This document shows, piece by piece, positions 9,925 to 23,183 of a DNA stretch of 64,000 bases. The stretch spans positions 1 through 64,000 of the forward strand of contig VJWM01000326.1 of assembly GCA_010909165.1 (NCBI GenBank). The letters run 5' to 3'. Under the pieces are notes generated by a model. The model was not told the origin of the DNA. It worked only from the letters and a program-made list of their open reading frames with translations, and did no database searches. The first letter of the stretch is position 1. Each line of letters begins with the position of its first letter. The stretch comes from Anthoceros angustus. Its lineage: Eukaryota; Plantae; Anthocerotophyta. The position numbers and the translations under genes were made by a program.

Positions 9925-12722
9925 ATGACCAAGCCTACCATGACCAAGGGGCAAGGAGGTAGTAGCCAAGGAAGGAGCGTCCACCAAGGGAGGTGGCGCA
10001 GGAGCGGGCAAGAGGTCTAAGGAGGATCACCGAGGGTGGAAATTTGACATGCCCTTATTTACGTGCTGGGCCAGCTATCCTCTAGAGACCTTTCGACTTT
10101 CGACCTTGGGCAGCAGAGGAGAATATTCAGCTAGAGTGGGTGTATGGGCGACATTGGTCTTACACCAACCTTGAATTGATAGAGGAGTGTTTTGCTAATC
10201 GTGCAGACGGAAGAGGAATTGGCCGCCTTACCGATAGAACGCACGGACGGATCCACGGTGTTGGATTGTAAGGAGCATACGCATATGGCGGCCGGATAGC
10301 GAGGATAGCGGAATCACGTTGATGGAAGGAACGAGCGGAGGCAAGCGTGCATCAACGGCGGATCTTCCCAAGGGAGCCCTTACCCTTATGCAAGGGGCAT
10401 GAAGGCTAAGTCCAAGAACGGTTGGTGACGGACCAAATCTTGGAGCCCAAGTGGAGATTGTTCACAAGAATTGTTTTGGGCTTGGTGAGCAATCCAAGGG
10501 TGTCATATTTCAGCACTACCTTCCTCCATTTTCTATGGAAGATCACTCAAGGAGCGAAGCGGATTGGGGCTCATCATGTATGAAGCATACACCTACCAAG
10601 CAAGGGAAAAGTTGCTGAAACCCAACGTCGGATGAAGATAGTCCACGGCCGTGCTATCTTAGCACTTATCTAGTGCATTTGTGGGAAGTAGAGGGGCTGC
10701 TCACAAGTAAGGAGTTGGATGATTCCAAGCATCCCTTTAACATTGTGTACTTACTGACCGGAGAGGGACGAGTGCTTGGTGCTTTGCAGCTAAAGGAGGT
10801 GAGGGCACCCTCAGGACATTATTGGAAGGAATCCTCCGAAAGATAGGCCGGAGGATGCAGGAGGACTTGCAAGGAGAAGTTGTAGGGGATTTGAAGTTTG
10901 GACCGGAGGATGCGGAGATGGAAGGTAGGATAGATCCTACCATGGGTGAATCACGAGGGTGGGAGGTGTTCCCACGGTGGTTTGGGACCCCTTTCGTCCT
11001 CTCATGACAAGACCTACGGTGGCGATTAGTCCTACCACGGTAGGGAAGTAGTCCACTTGGAGCACCTCCTACCACGGTAGGAGGGAAAGGAAGTCACGGT
11101 TTGGAAGCTCCCAAGCGGGAGATAAGAAGGCAACCGGCCCGTAGGTGGGCGAGCGGATGGAGTCACGGTGGGAGGAGTTGCCCACCAAGTGATGAGCGGG
11201 AGCTCATCATAGGGAAGCAAGGGATGTAAGATCCCATGAGCAAGGCAAAGGCCTTGAGTCTCCCGGAGGTAAGAAAGGAGACTTGGACATGTTGGAGGAG
11301 ATGCTGCGCATAGGGGAGATGTTCAGCAAGGTAGAGATAAGCCGCCAGAGGAGAGTTGAATTCTTGAAGACGGAGGCGGAGAAGACAAGGACCTACCAAG
11401 CAAGGGAAATTGCGGGTGGCGGCGGAAACCCAATGGCGGAGGATGTTATGAGGATGGAAGCTCAAGTGGAGCACTTGGAAAGAGTCTTGAGACAAGGCAA
11501 CAGGCAAACAATCATATTCGGAGAACAAGGCTCTTACCAAGCAATTGGCAGCTCGAGAGGAGAAGGTGGAGCAACTTGCTCACATGGTGCTGGGAAAAGA
11601 AGGCGGAAGACAAGCAAGTGCTGCTAATGGAGGAAAGGTCAAGACGAGAGCAATCTCTGCAAATGAGGGCAAAGGCAAGTAGGCGCACATGAGCGGGTCA
11701 TAGCCACAGTGTGAAGATTAGTGACATGGAAAAGGAGCTGGGAGAAATCCACGAGGCTGGAATTGAAGGAAGAAGAGCTGGAAGAACGGACACATTTTGT
11801 CCAAAGATTGGAAATGGAACGAGAAGTCCAAGCGGAGAATGCACAACTCCCTAGGAGGATAGGGGAGTTGGAGGAAGAAATGGCAAAGGAGAAAGGCCGT
11901 CATGAGGCGGTGGTGCGCATATGTTGGCGGTGAGGGAGGCGATTGGTGATTATGCCCTACAAGAGATTGATCCGCCAACCGCAGAATGAGAGGACGGAGA
12001 ATGTGGCTCTCCATGTCAAGACCGTGGTGAGCTGGCCTTGGGCGAGATGCTTACAAAAGCAAGTGTGAGCATGGAGTATGGCTTGAGGATTGAAGAATTG
12101 GAGATGGCACAACAACGATTTGCAGCCCATCTTCACAACAAGGTGCTCAAGGCCACTAACGAGTTGTTGCGACTTCTGAAAGGAGAATGTTGGGACCTCA
12201 TGATGATGATAGGGAGGCCCTCATGCAAGTCCAACCGAAGCCTTAGACTTGGAGAGTGTCCCAAGCAAGGTGAAGAAACTTCGCACTGGGAGAAGCAAGT
12301 GGGCGGAAGGCTGGGAGAGAATCACCCTGTGAAGGGGTAAGGAAGAAGAAACGACCCGGTAGGAACTCCTACCGTGGTAGGAGGAGTTCCCGTGGTAGGA
12401 GGGACTCCTACCGTGGTAGGAAGGTCCTACCATGGTAGGAGATTGTGGAGGAAGAAGCGGATTCAAAGGCATGGATTTGGCAAGGCGAGTACCTTGGCCC
12501 TTGCGGAAAGAAGGAAGAGGGGTTGATCTTGCAGGAATGGAGCAAGAATCACCAGGAGAAGACCAACCTCCTAACATGGGTGCAGGAGCAAGGAGCTCAC
12601 TTGCTCCACAAGTGAGAGGAAGAGGAGAAGCTGAGGATGAGCCAGTGGCTAAGAGAGCCCGGGCTATTTTATTGGAGGAAGAAACTCAAGATAGGCATCA
12701 AGATAAGGAAGGGGATTCATAA
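9925..12722 (+). pseudogene. Family R accessory ORF, frameshifted, copy 2
   Basis: ATGACCAAG at 9925. ORF pieces 10822-11007, 11283-11627, 11721-11933 and 12432-12722 (ends DKEGDS*). Confidence 0.7.
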
Positions 12723-12839
12723 GAAGTCCTTAAATTAGCTTGAAGACATGGGACAAGATGCCACTTGGGAAGACTTTTCTTTAGAGGAGGGAGCATTAAT
12801 GCTTGTCACCCAAGAGTGTGTTGACTAGCTAGATAGGAA

Positions 12840-13852
12840 TGTTGGAGCCATTAAGGCTCACATAGGTGAATTTGCTAGAATAGAATTTTACCCAAGATGC
12901 TTGGATGTCAGAACTTAAAGTCTGACAATAGGATACACTAAAATAAGGAGTAAGGCAGTGCCAGGAGGGCGCGCCAGGGGGAGGCTGTATGTGAGGACCT
13001 CCCTATAAAAGGAGGGAGCTTGTGAAGTAAAATTATCGTGTCTTGCGCTCCCATCCTCCTGAGTCCTTCACTTTGTGCAGGAATTTCGTGCGGCAAGCCA
13101 AGCGTCCGTAGAGAGGGAGGGAGGCGGTCCAGTCGGTGGAGGGCTCTTTCTGGCGCCACGCTCCCTTGTGAATGGTTCGTGTGAATTGTTTTGCTTTGAG
13201 TGTGTGGCGATGCTCAAGGAACTCTCGGCTTGAGGGTAGACTGGAAAAGACTCTGGAGGTTCTCTGTCCGTACAAACCACATAGCAACCGCCCAAGGAAG
13301 AACTCGTTAATTTCCGGACGGACCCAGCAGCCGTAAGGCGAGTTGGAATTAATGAGCCAGCAATTGGTGTTAGAGTAGGAGATTGTGGAGGAAGGAAGGG
13401 TAGATGAGTAGAGAAGAAGAGGGCGTTGTTGATTGAGAGAGTTGTGAGGAGGATTAGAGTGTAGGAAAACTAAGGCCTGGCGAGCCTAAGGGACGAATCC
13501 CAAACTGCAAGTAAGAGGCGCTCCCTGTGGAGAAGAGTGTCTTAGGAGTAGGACGGTTGCGGTGTGGGTCGGGGGTCCCGGCGCCCGTGATAGACACCTT
13601 GTTAAGACGAACACAATTGTGTGGGTGTAGGTTGAGGTTTGGTGAGTTCTGAGCGATGCAGGCGTAGGCTGTAGAGGAGCGTGAGGGCGCCTTGCTTGTT
13701 TAGAAGGCTGAGGTAGTGTGTAGCTGCAGTGTGTGATTTCTCAAGATCGACTACCCAAGTCTCATGGGACGAAACCCAACGCACGAAACGACAGTGGGAT
13801 AAGTGTGGCCGCTAGAGGGGAATCTCGGAGTGCCCCGGGTTTTCCTCCCACA
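12840..13852 (+). repeat. Family R LTR 2 (3' LTR of copy 2 and 5' LTR of the next element)
   Basis: TGTTGGAG...CTCCCACA (7/8 terminal inverted match), TATAAAA at 13004, directly followed by a PBS. Confidence 0.9.
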
Positions 13853-13856
13853 TTTT

Positions 13857-13868
13857 TGGCGCCGTTGC
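13857..13868 (+). promoter_or_regulatory. Primer-binding site, tRNA-Asp type (TGGCGCCGTTGC)
   Basis: Follows LTR end ...CCCACA-TTTT. Matches the Athila-type PBS complementary to the 3' end of plant tRNA-Asp. Confidence 0.85.
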
Positions 13869-15079
13869 TTGGGGGACGCTGGAGGAGAAGATCTTGTAAG
13901 GAGGTGGAGGGGGGTCCTGAAGAGAAAAGGATCCACGTGCCCGAAGGTGTGCGTGTTCCCTGACAACAATGGGAGAGGTTGAGGAAGGCTTGGATGTCTG
14001 AGGAGAGGGGAACCATAGGAGGTCAAGAGATCTTGCAAGAGATCTGAGAAGAGCTCCGAGGCTGGGCCTTGCCTTTTGCCTTGAGGAGGAGGTGATCCAC
14101 AACTTCCGGAGGAAGGAAGAAGAGGTAGTTGTCTAAGAGCAAGAGGAGGAAGAAGCGGAGGAGGAAGCACCTTCGAGCCGATCAGTCACGCCCAGCTCAC
14201 CTCTTGGGATCCCACACCTGGGGAGAACATCCTGGAAGAATCTTTTTGCAAGGACACCCTTCTGGAGAACTTTGGTTGGAGAATTTACTGCAGGAGAGGA
14301 AGGGAATGAGTTCACCTAGCTCATCTGGACCAAGCAACATGAGTGGAGCAGGGGAGGGGATTGCTGTTTGGATAGTTGTGTGTTGAGGGGTGTGAGCGTG
14401 CTTGCGTAAGTCTAGTCGGGGAGGGAGGAAGTAATTTCGTGTAGGAGTTGAGAGGAGATCACCCCGCCTTTGTCTGCAAGGGATTTGTGAACTGAATGGA
14501 GAAATCATGTGTGAAGAAAGCTTAGTTGCTCTGATGTGCAAAGGAAGAAGCGGAGGAGAGAGCTCTTGGGAGGAAGCTACATGTGCTAACATCTTCAAGG
14601 GTTCCGTTGAGGAAGAAGAGGTAGTTGTCTAAGAGCAAGAGGAGGTTGTGCTCACGGACGAGAGGAAGGAGGTTGTTGCCGAGGAGTTGCTGATCAAGGG
14701 TGAGGGTCAAGAATCCGAGCCAGCGTTAATAATTTCAAGGTACATCTTCCGTTCCTGCAAGAGGAGGACTTTTTCGGCGTGGATTGTTGAGCTCTTCTAG
14801 CTCGAGTTGGTCGTCGTAAGAGGAGGAAGGCAAGAGGGTGAGATTTGGCGGTGAGAAGTTGGGGTAGATCTAATGGTGAGCTTGCAAGGTCTTGATCGAA
14901 TCGCCCATCTTGCTGCCCTTTCAACCTTGCTTGTTAAGAGGACTGAGGCGCTTGTGTGCCCAAGTCTGTGTATAGTACATCCGCAGGCATTGTTCGCCGA
15001 CAGGGGAGTTTCTTGGGAGGTGTGCCACGGTTTGTGGACGCCCTCAACCATGAGTGGAGGAAGTGGAGGTGGTGGAAGT

Positions 15080-15420
15080 CGGTCCACCCCAGCAATATGG
15101 GAGATTTGGGGAGAAGAAACAAGGTGAAGATGATGAGGCTTTTGTGCAAACTTTTGAACAGTGACTCATGCGAATTTGGAAGTCTCGTGGATTGTCTCCA
15201 AATTTTCCTAGAGTACTTCGAGGTCATGCCCAGCAGCGGTATAGTCACACGTGTGGGCTGCATCATGATTGGGTTGGGATGATTTGAGAGCTGTATCTTT
15301 GAACCGGTTTTGTGGCTTAAGCTATGCACATCACACGTTGGTCCGGTTGAGGACTCAAGGAAGAGGAGGGAGTCTTTGTATGATTACATAGAGGAGAGAG
15401 TACCACCACGGCCACCAAGG
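15080..15420 (+). pseudogene. gag: Degenerate Ty3/gypsy gag
   Basis: Pieces such as EDDEAFVQTFEH, FPRVLRGHAQQ.Y and ...SLYDYIE resemble retrotransposon gag core motifs. Second copy at ~41495-41830. Boundaries approximate. Confidence 0.55.
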
Positions 15421-17364
15421 ATGTAGCTTCGCAAAAGCAAGGCCTATGGTATGACCTTTCTTGATAAAGGTTGGGAAACTAGGAAGGAGTTAGAGGGAAC
15501 ACATGTAGATCCATGTGCCATAGAAAAATTAGAGCTAGAATGTGGTAAGGTGGTGAAGATTTCTAAGTGTAGAGGAGATGGTAGAGTTTAAGAAGGTGCG
15601 GAAGAGCATGAGAATGCGTTTCATTTTCGAAACCGGAGAGCGACTTGAGGCCACGATGACCGATTTCGACGAGGAGTTGGTTGCCACGGCCGGGTTGAAG
15701 GGGAGGACGTGAGCATGTTGTAGACGGCCTAAGGATTGATCAGCAAGCCTTGCTGCCAGCAGAGGTCAAATGAGCAAGAAGGGAGCGCGTGTGAAAGGCA
15801 ACAGGACAACTGGAAATCCGAGAGGGATAAAGGGCGCCAGTATGGGCGCGAGGAGGAGGCTGGAATGCTCCTCAAGGGTGAGCAGTCAGGAGGGCTGCAA
15901 GTGGAGGCCATCACGATGGCAAAGAAAGAAGCAAAACGGACATGGGGCGTTTTGAGTGAGGCGCCCCACTTGGCGAGGTCAAGCCAGGCGCCATGGGGCC
16001 GAGGAGGAGAAGGCCCTAGGGAGGTGGACACGAGGGCGAAGGAGGAGATGCGCCATGAAAGTTTGAGCAAGCAGGAAGGGAGGTTGGCGATCATGGGGCA
16101 ATCACTCAAAATTCGCCATGGAAGTGCAGCAAGGCGAGGAGGTCGCCATGGGAGCGATCTGGACCTGGACATGAGGCTAGGCCAACAAGAAGGAGGAAAT
16201 CGGAACTTGGTTGGAGGAGGAGCATGCGGTGCAAAAAACTTGCGCATTGGCAAAGGGAGAAACGGTTTTGTGAATGAGGTTGAGCATGTAACAACGACGC
16301 CGGGCTGCTGGTAAGCGAGCTAGCAGGCCACGATGGTGGCAAGGATGATGGAGAAATTGCGAAGAAATCACAATTTGGAGGAAGGAGAAGTGGCACACAA
16401 AAATGGTGTCTTGAGTCTGTCAGAGCCAGGGGCGAGGATGGCTCTATGGTGATGTGTATGAAGGAGGATTGTGGAGAAATCACACCTCAAGATATGCTTG
16501 CGTGGAATTGCAAGGAGAGTCGACCAATTCACGGTCGATTTGGAATTGCAGGCAGCAATGTAAGAGATCGCTGCTGAGCGCGATCTAGGGCTAGACATGA
16601 GTCTAGAAGGTCGGGAGATGGTGTACCAGCGATGATGCAGCAGTCCACGACTGCACCGCATACTGATGTCGGCGTGGAGAAGCTAGTTTTGTGAGCCGAG
16701 TTGAAGGCGGGGTTGTGGCCAGCACCAACATCCACCGGTGAACAAGCTAGATGGAAACAAGCAAGGCGTGGCTGGCCTAGAGGTTGAAGAGCAAGTCATC
16801 GTTAGAAAGGATCCGTGAAGGGAGTTTTGTGAGATGTTGCAACCCAATGAATTGGGGATTGAGCGAGGAGAAAGGGTGAGCAGTCAAGAGGGCTGCAAGT
16901 GGAGGCCACGGTTGGCAAAGGGAGAAGAGAAACGGAAATCGGAGGACTCCCACATGGCGTGTGTGGGGCGCTTGATGGAGCCTCGGAGTAGGGACGGCTC
17001 GAGGATGGTGTGCATGGAAAGGAGCGGTGAAGAAACTGCGATCCAAGGGGCAGGAAAGCAGAGGGAAAAATTGGCGAATTCATGGCGGGGAAGCCACTTT
17101 TTGGGTACGGCATGTCGAGAGTATTGTCGTGGGAGGAGCTCAGCCAGAGCCTAAGGTTATCATGGCGGGACCACGCAAGAAGAGCAGTTGGCCTGCGCGT
17201 GGATACTGCACCGTCGATGCAAGGAGCAGCGATCCACGGTCATAATGTACATGGGGCTGGCCACCCTCCGTGGTGGGCGTAGTAGGAAGTGGCGAAAGTG
17301 CATGGGAAGAGGAGGTTAGAACGTGAAGGACTCCCATGTCCACGTTATTGAATGGTGAGGAAAT

Positions 17365-17990
17365 TTCTTGGAGCACGGAATCATGCTGGATAGTTTGTCT
17401 AGGGAAGGGCGTCTGTCTTTCTCCCTAGAGTTGTGCCTTATTGTCTAAGAGATGGGGTCTTATACAAGCTTGGTTTGGATGAGAAGATCCGACGTTGTTT
17501 GGAAGGAAGCTTCTCTTCTTAAAGAAGCTTTGCATGCGTAAGAGGTTGGAGGCCATTATTAGAATCACGGTGAAGAAGATCTTAGATCAGGCATTGTGTG
17601 GGACAGGAGAAAGACTATATTATTTAACGAATGATGCCCATTGAATTTGAAGTACCTACCTATAGAATCATGGAGGATGAGCATGGACAGAGGAGGTCGG
17701 AGTTAGACTAGAGTCTTTCATAGAGCATGAGGAACGTGGGGAAGATGCTTTAGAAGAAACTCAATCGGGAGCTTAGAAAGGATAGGCATGATGGGAAGTT
17801 GAGGAAGCAAGAAGCTATCATGGCGGGGTTGGTTCTTCTATATGATAGCCGATATATGGACTTCCAGGAAGCTTAGGGAGATGGATGGGACCTTGTGAGG
17901 TGGTGGCAGTGTGAGAATGGATCCGCAACGAGTCGGATGGGGATTTTTGCCAACTAGAGTGAATGGGTGGAAGGTTAAGTACCTTCACCG
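17365..17990 (+). pseudogene. pol: Athila-like integrase remnant (N-terminal Zn-binding region and C-terminal tail)
   Basis: YCLRDGVLYKLGLDEKIRRCL...GGHY...TVKKIL, followed by GLVLLYDSR...FPGKL..RWMGP.EV....NGS...RVNGWKVK. The latter is the typical Athila INT C-terminus. No DDE core seen. Confidence 0.75.
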
Positions 17991-19254
17991 AGATCTGTTG
18001 AGGGCAACAATGAGGAGGGGAGTATGTGGAACGCAAAAGTTTGGGCAACAAGCTTAAATGAGTTTGCTTTGAAACAGCCCACACTCTTTGCTAGAATGGT
18101 TTGGTGAAGACATGCAAGGAAATTTTTGCTCCTTTTGAGCGGGAGTTGTAGGACCATGTCGGGAAGGCAAGGATATGCAGGAAAAGAAACGGGTCAAAAC
18201 GACCTCTGGTGAGGAGAAAAGGTAACCTACATGAGTGGTAGGAGGTGTCCTACCACCGGAGAAACTCCTACCATGGTGGGGGTAGGAGAGATCCTACCAA
18301 GGAGAATGACCTAGTGTTTTGATCACCTACCGAGGAATAGCTCCTACCATGGTAGGAGAGGGTAGGAGAGATCCTACCACCGTAGGAGAAACTCCTACCG
18401 TGGTAGGAGAAAAGGAAAACGCCTACCATGGTAGGAGGATGTCCTACCACGGTGGGAGATAGGTTTCTAAGGAAGTAGCTTATGTTTTAGGCAGGATAGG
18501 CTTGCTATAGAGTCTTTTAGTGGACTAGATAAATAGGCCAAAATAGGTAATTAAGAAATTAGAGGCTAATTTTTAATTAGAAATTAGAAAATAGGGAAAT
18601 TGGTATTTTAGTATAAGGAAATTAGGAAACTAACATCAATGGTGAGAAAGGGGCCACGTGGCACACATCCAAGGGCAGGATAGAATGGTAGTTACTTTCT
18701 AACCCTTGGGTGACTTATAAAAGTGGGTGCAGTGCTGCAGAGGCCCCTCGAAACTTGAGGAGGCGGCCTCCACGCCAAGGCGCCACCCTGCTCAAGGCCC
18801 CATACAGCCGCACACCGCGTGTGAGGAGGAGAAGGAGGGCGCAAGCTCAGCAAGGAGGCGGAAATCCGAGGCGCCAAGAGAGGAAGAAGGAGGAAGAAGA
18901 AGAGAAGGGAGAAGAAGGTTGGGGCGCAACCCAACACTTGCCAAGCTCGTGAGGGTGCCTAGGAGGGTGGAGCGTGGCAAGATTGCTAGGAAACCGTGCA
19001 GGAAGGGCTCCTAAATTGTGGTGGTGTAAGAGTCCGGGAGAATTTTGGTGAGCTTTCTCTTGGGAGAAATCGGGGTTTTGAGGGGCCAAGGTGTAAGGAC
19101 TGCAGGAGGAGAGCAAGGGCAAGGACCTTTGAGCTGTGAGCAAGAGCAAATCACGAGGAGGAGAAACGCTTTGCAAGGATAGAAGTGGCGGGGGCAGAAT
19201 TGCAGAGAGGCATCACTTTTCTTCAATTTCGTGCAAGTACTAACCAAGGAGGCC

Positions 19255-22075
19255 ATGACCAAGCCTACCATGACCAAGGGCAAGGAGGTAGTAGCTAAGG
19301 AAGGAGCGTCCACCAAGGAGGTGGCGCAGAGCGGCAAGAGGTCTAAGCGGGAGGATCGGACCCGGAGGGTGGAAATTTGACATGCCATTATTTACGTGCT
19401 ATGCAGGCCAGCTGTCCTCTAGAGACCTTTCAGACTTTCGACCTTGGGCAGCAGAGGAGAATATTCAGCTAGAGTGGGTGTATGGGCGACATTGGTCTTA
19501 CACCAACCTTGAATTGATAGAGGAGTGTTTTGCTAATCTGCAACAGACGGAAGAGGAATTGGCTGCCTTACCGGATAGAAACGCACGGACGGATCCACGG
19601 TGCTGGACCGTAAGGAGCATACGCCGTATATGGCAGGCGGATAGCGAGGATAGCGGAATCACGCTTGATGGAAGGAACGAGCGGAGGCAAGCGTGCATCA
19701 ACGGCGGATCTTCCCAAGGGAGCCCTTACACTTATGCAAGGGGCATGAAGGCTAAGTCCAAGAACGGTTGGCGACGGACCAAATCTTGGAGCCCAAGTGG
19801 AGATTGTTCACAAGAATTGTTTTGGGCTTGGTGAGCAATCCAAGGGTGTCATATTTCAGCACTACCTTCCTCCATTTTCTATGGAAGATCACTCAAGGAG
19901 CGAAGCCGGATTGGGGCTCATCATGTATGAAGCATACACCTACCACCGGGAAAAGTTCAAACCCAACGCGGATGAAGATGTCAAGGCCATGCTATCTTAG
20001 CACTTATCTAGTGCATTTGTGGGAAGGGCTACTCACAAGTAAGGAGTTGGATGATTCCAAGCATCCCTTTAACATTGTGTACTTACACCGAGAGAGGGAC
20101 AGGAGTGCTTGGTGCTTTGGCTAAAGGAGGTGCCGGCACCACGGACATTATTCGGAAGGAATCCTCCAAAGATAGGCCGAGGATGCGGAGGACTTGCAAG
20201 GAGAAGTTGTAGGGGATTTGAAGTTTGGACCGCGGAGGATGCGGAGATGGAAGGTAGGATAGATCCTACCATGGGGAATCCGCTGCGAGGGTGGGAGGTG
20301 TTCCCACTGGTTTGGGACCCCTTTGTCCTCTCATGACAAGGACTGGCAGAATTAGTCCTACCACGGTAGGGAAGTAGTCCTACTGGAGCACCTCCTACCA
20401 CGGTAGGAGGAAAGGAAGTCACGGTTTGGAAGCTCCCAAGAGGGAGATAAGAAGGCAACCGGCCCGTTAGGTGGGCGAGGATGGAGTCACGGTGGGAGGA
20501 GTTGCCCACCAAGTGATGAGCGGGAGCTCATCATAGGGAAGCAAGGGATGTAAGATCCCATGAGCAAGGCAAAGGCCTTGAGTCTCCGGAGGTAAGAAAG
20601 GAGACTTAGACATGTTGGAGGAGATGTCTGCGCATAGGGGAGATGTTCAGAAGGTAGACTAGGAGCCGCCAAGAGGAGAGTTGAATTCTTGAAGACGGAG
20701 GCGGAGAAGACAAGGACCTACCAAGCAAGGGAAATTGCGGGTAGGCGGCGAAACCCAATGCGGAGGATGTTATGAGGATGGAAGCTCAAGTGGAGCACTT
20801 GGAAAAGAGTCTTGAAACAAGGCCAGGAGGCAAACAATCATATTCGGAGAACAAGGCTCTTACCAAGCAATTGGCAGCTCGAGAGGAGAAGGTGGAGCAA
20901 CTTGCTCACATGGTGCGCACATGGAAAAGAAGGCGAAGACAAGCAAGTCTGCTAATGGAGGAAAGGTCAAGACGAGAGCAATCTGCAGAATGAGGGACAA
21001 AGGCAAGTAGGCGACATGAGCGGGTCATAGCCACACAGTGTGAAGATTAGTGACATGGAAAAGGAGCTGGGAGAAATCCACGAGGCTGGAATTGAAGGAA
21101 GAAGAGCTGGAAGAACGGACACATTTTGTCCAAAGATTGGAAATGGAACGAGAAGTCCAAAGAACGGAGAGCACAACTCCCTAGGAGGATAGGGGAGTTG
21201 GAGGAAGAAATGGCAAAGGAGAAAGGCCGTCATGAGGCGGTGGTGCAGCATATGTTGGCGGTGAGGGAGGCAGATTTCGGGCTGATTATGCCCTACAAGA
21301 GAGATTGATCCGCCAACCGCAGAATGAGAGGACGGAGAATGTGGCTCCATGTCAAGACCGTGAGTGAGCTGGCCTTGGAGCGAGATGCTTACAAAAGCAA
21401 GTGTGAGCATGGAGTATGGCTTGAGGATTACAAGAATTGGAGATGGCACAACAACGATTTGCAGCCCATCTTCACAACAAGGTGCTCAAGGCCACTAACG
21501 AGTTGTTGCGACTTGCTGAAAGGAGAATGTTGGGACCTCATGATGATGAAAGGGAGGCCCTCATGCAAGTCCAACCGGAAGCCTTAGACTTGGAGAGTGT
21601 CCCAAGCAATGGGGTGAAGAACTTGCACTGTGGAGAAGCAAGTGAAGCGGAAGCTGCAGTGGAGAGAATCACCCGTGAAGGGGTAAGGAAGAAGAAACGA
21701 CCGTAGGAACTCCTACCGTGGTAGGAGGAGTTCCTACCGTGGTAGGAGGAGTTCCTACTGGTAGGAGAGGGTCCTACCATGGTAGGAGGGCCGGAAGAAG
21801 CAGCGGATTCAAAGGTCGCTAGCATGGATTTGACGGCAAGGGAGGCGAGTACCTTGGCCCTTGCAGAAAGAAGGAAGAGGGGTTGATCTTGCAGAATGGA
21901 GCAAGAATCACAAGGAGAAGACCAACCTCCTAACATGGGTGCAGGGCAAGGAGCTCACTTGCTCCACAAGTGAGAGGAAGAGGAGAAGTCGAGGATGAGC
22001 CGGCTAAGAGAGCCCGGCTATTTTATTGGAGGAAGGAACTCAAGATAGGCATCAAGATAAGGAAGGGATTCATAA
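19255..22075 (+). pseudogene. Family R accessory ORF, frameshifted, copy 3
   Basis: ORF pieces 19382-19834, 19768-20124, 20772-20993, 21126-21308 and 21437-21706. Confidence 0.7.
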
Positions 22076-22191
22076 GAAGTCCTTAAATTAGCTTGAAGAC
22101 ATGGGGCAAGATGCCACTTGGGAAGACTTTTCTTTAGAGGAGGACAGCATTAATGCTTGTCACCCGAGTGTGTTGACTAGCTAGATAGGAA

Positions 22192-23183
22192 TGTTGTGAG
22201 CCATTAAGGCTCACATAGGTGAATTTTGCTAGAATAGAATTTTACCCAAGATGCTTGGATGTCGAACTTAAAGTCGGCAATAGGATACACTAAAATAAGG
22301 AGTAGGCGTGCGGAGGGCGCGGGGGAGGCATGTGAGGACCTCCTATAAAAGGAGGGAGCTTGTGAAGTAAAATTATCGTGTCTTGCGCCCCATCCTCCCG
22401 AGTCCTTCACTTTGTGCAGAATTTCGTGCAAGCGCAACGCAGGTCCGTAGAGAGGGAGAACGCGGCCGGAGGGCTTGCTCTTTGGCGCCCAGCTCCCTTG
22501 TGAATGGTTCTTGTGTGAATTGTTTTGCTTTGAGTGTGTGGCGATGCTCAAGGAACTCTCGGCTTGAGGGTAGGGTAGAAAAAGACTCCTGGAGGTTCTC
22601 GTCGTGCAAACCACATAGCAACCGCCCAAGGAAGAACTCGTTAATTTCCTGGACGGACCCAGGCTTGTGCGTAAGGGCGAGTTGGAATTAATGAGCCAGC
22701 AATTGGTGTTAGAGTAGGAGATTGTGGAGGAAGGAAGGGTAGATGAGTAGAGAAGAAGAGGGCGTTGTTGATTGAGAGAGTTGTGAGGAGGATTAGAGTG
22801 TAGGAAAACTAAGGCCACAGAGCCTAAGGGACGAATCCCAACTGCAAGTAAGAGGCGCTCCTGTGTGGAGAAGAGTGTCTTAGGAGTAGGGACGGTTGCG
22901 GTGTGGGTCGGGGGTCCCCGGCGCCCGTGATAGACACCTTGCTAAGACGAACCTCAATTGTGTGTCGTTGTAGGTTGAGGTTTGGTGAGTTTACGGGGGC
23001 GAGGCTGTGTAGAGGGAGCGTGAGAGGCGCCTTGCTTGTTTAGAAGGCCGAGGTAGTGTGTAGCTGCAGTGACGGATTTCTCAAGATTCACTGTCCCAAG
23101 TCTCATGGGACCCAACGACGACAGGGATAAGTGTGGCCGCTAGAGGGGGAATCACGGGAGTGCCCCGGGGTTTTCCTCCCACA
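22192..23183 (+). repeat. Family R LTR 3
   Basis: TGTTG...CTCCCACA. Followed by unrelated sequence and no PBS, so a 3' LTR. Confidence 0.9.

Larger units (their letters stand above)
8736..13852 (+). mobile_element. Family R 3' module + LTR, copy 2
   Basis: Collinear with copy 1. Confidence 0.9.
12840..23183 (+). mobile_element. LTR-to-LTR Athila-like Ty3/gypsy element (family R), ~10.3 kb, pol-deleted
   Basis: Order LTR-PBS-gag remnant-integrase remnant-3' module-LTR. No TSD is testable because the 5' LTR is preceded by internal sequence. Confidence 0.8.

Noticed and set aside
17195-17230. Aspartic protease site in family R (VDTAPS)
   Set aside because: Lacks the D[ST]G glycine and flanking conservation, and I could not find it in the second copy.
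19215-19250. Splice acceptor/branch point (pyrimidine tract, TACTAAC) before the accessory ORF ATG
   Set aside because: TACTAAC lies after, not before, the pyrimidine tract, so the geometry is non-canonical. Not supportable without RNA data.
22204-22818. ~200-aa antisense ORFs recurring in LTRs (also 6881-7474, 38973-39419, 51718-52332, 53171-53758)
   Set aside because: They recur only because the LTR is repeated. Frames differ among copies, and the S/L/P-rich composition reflects the antisense of GA-rich DNA.
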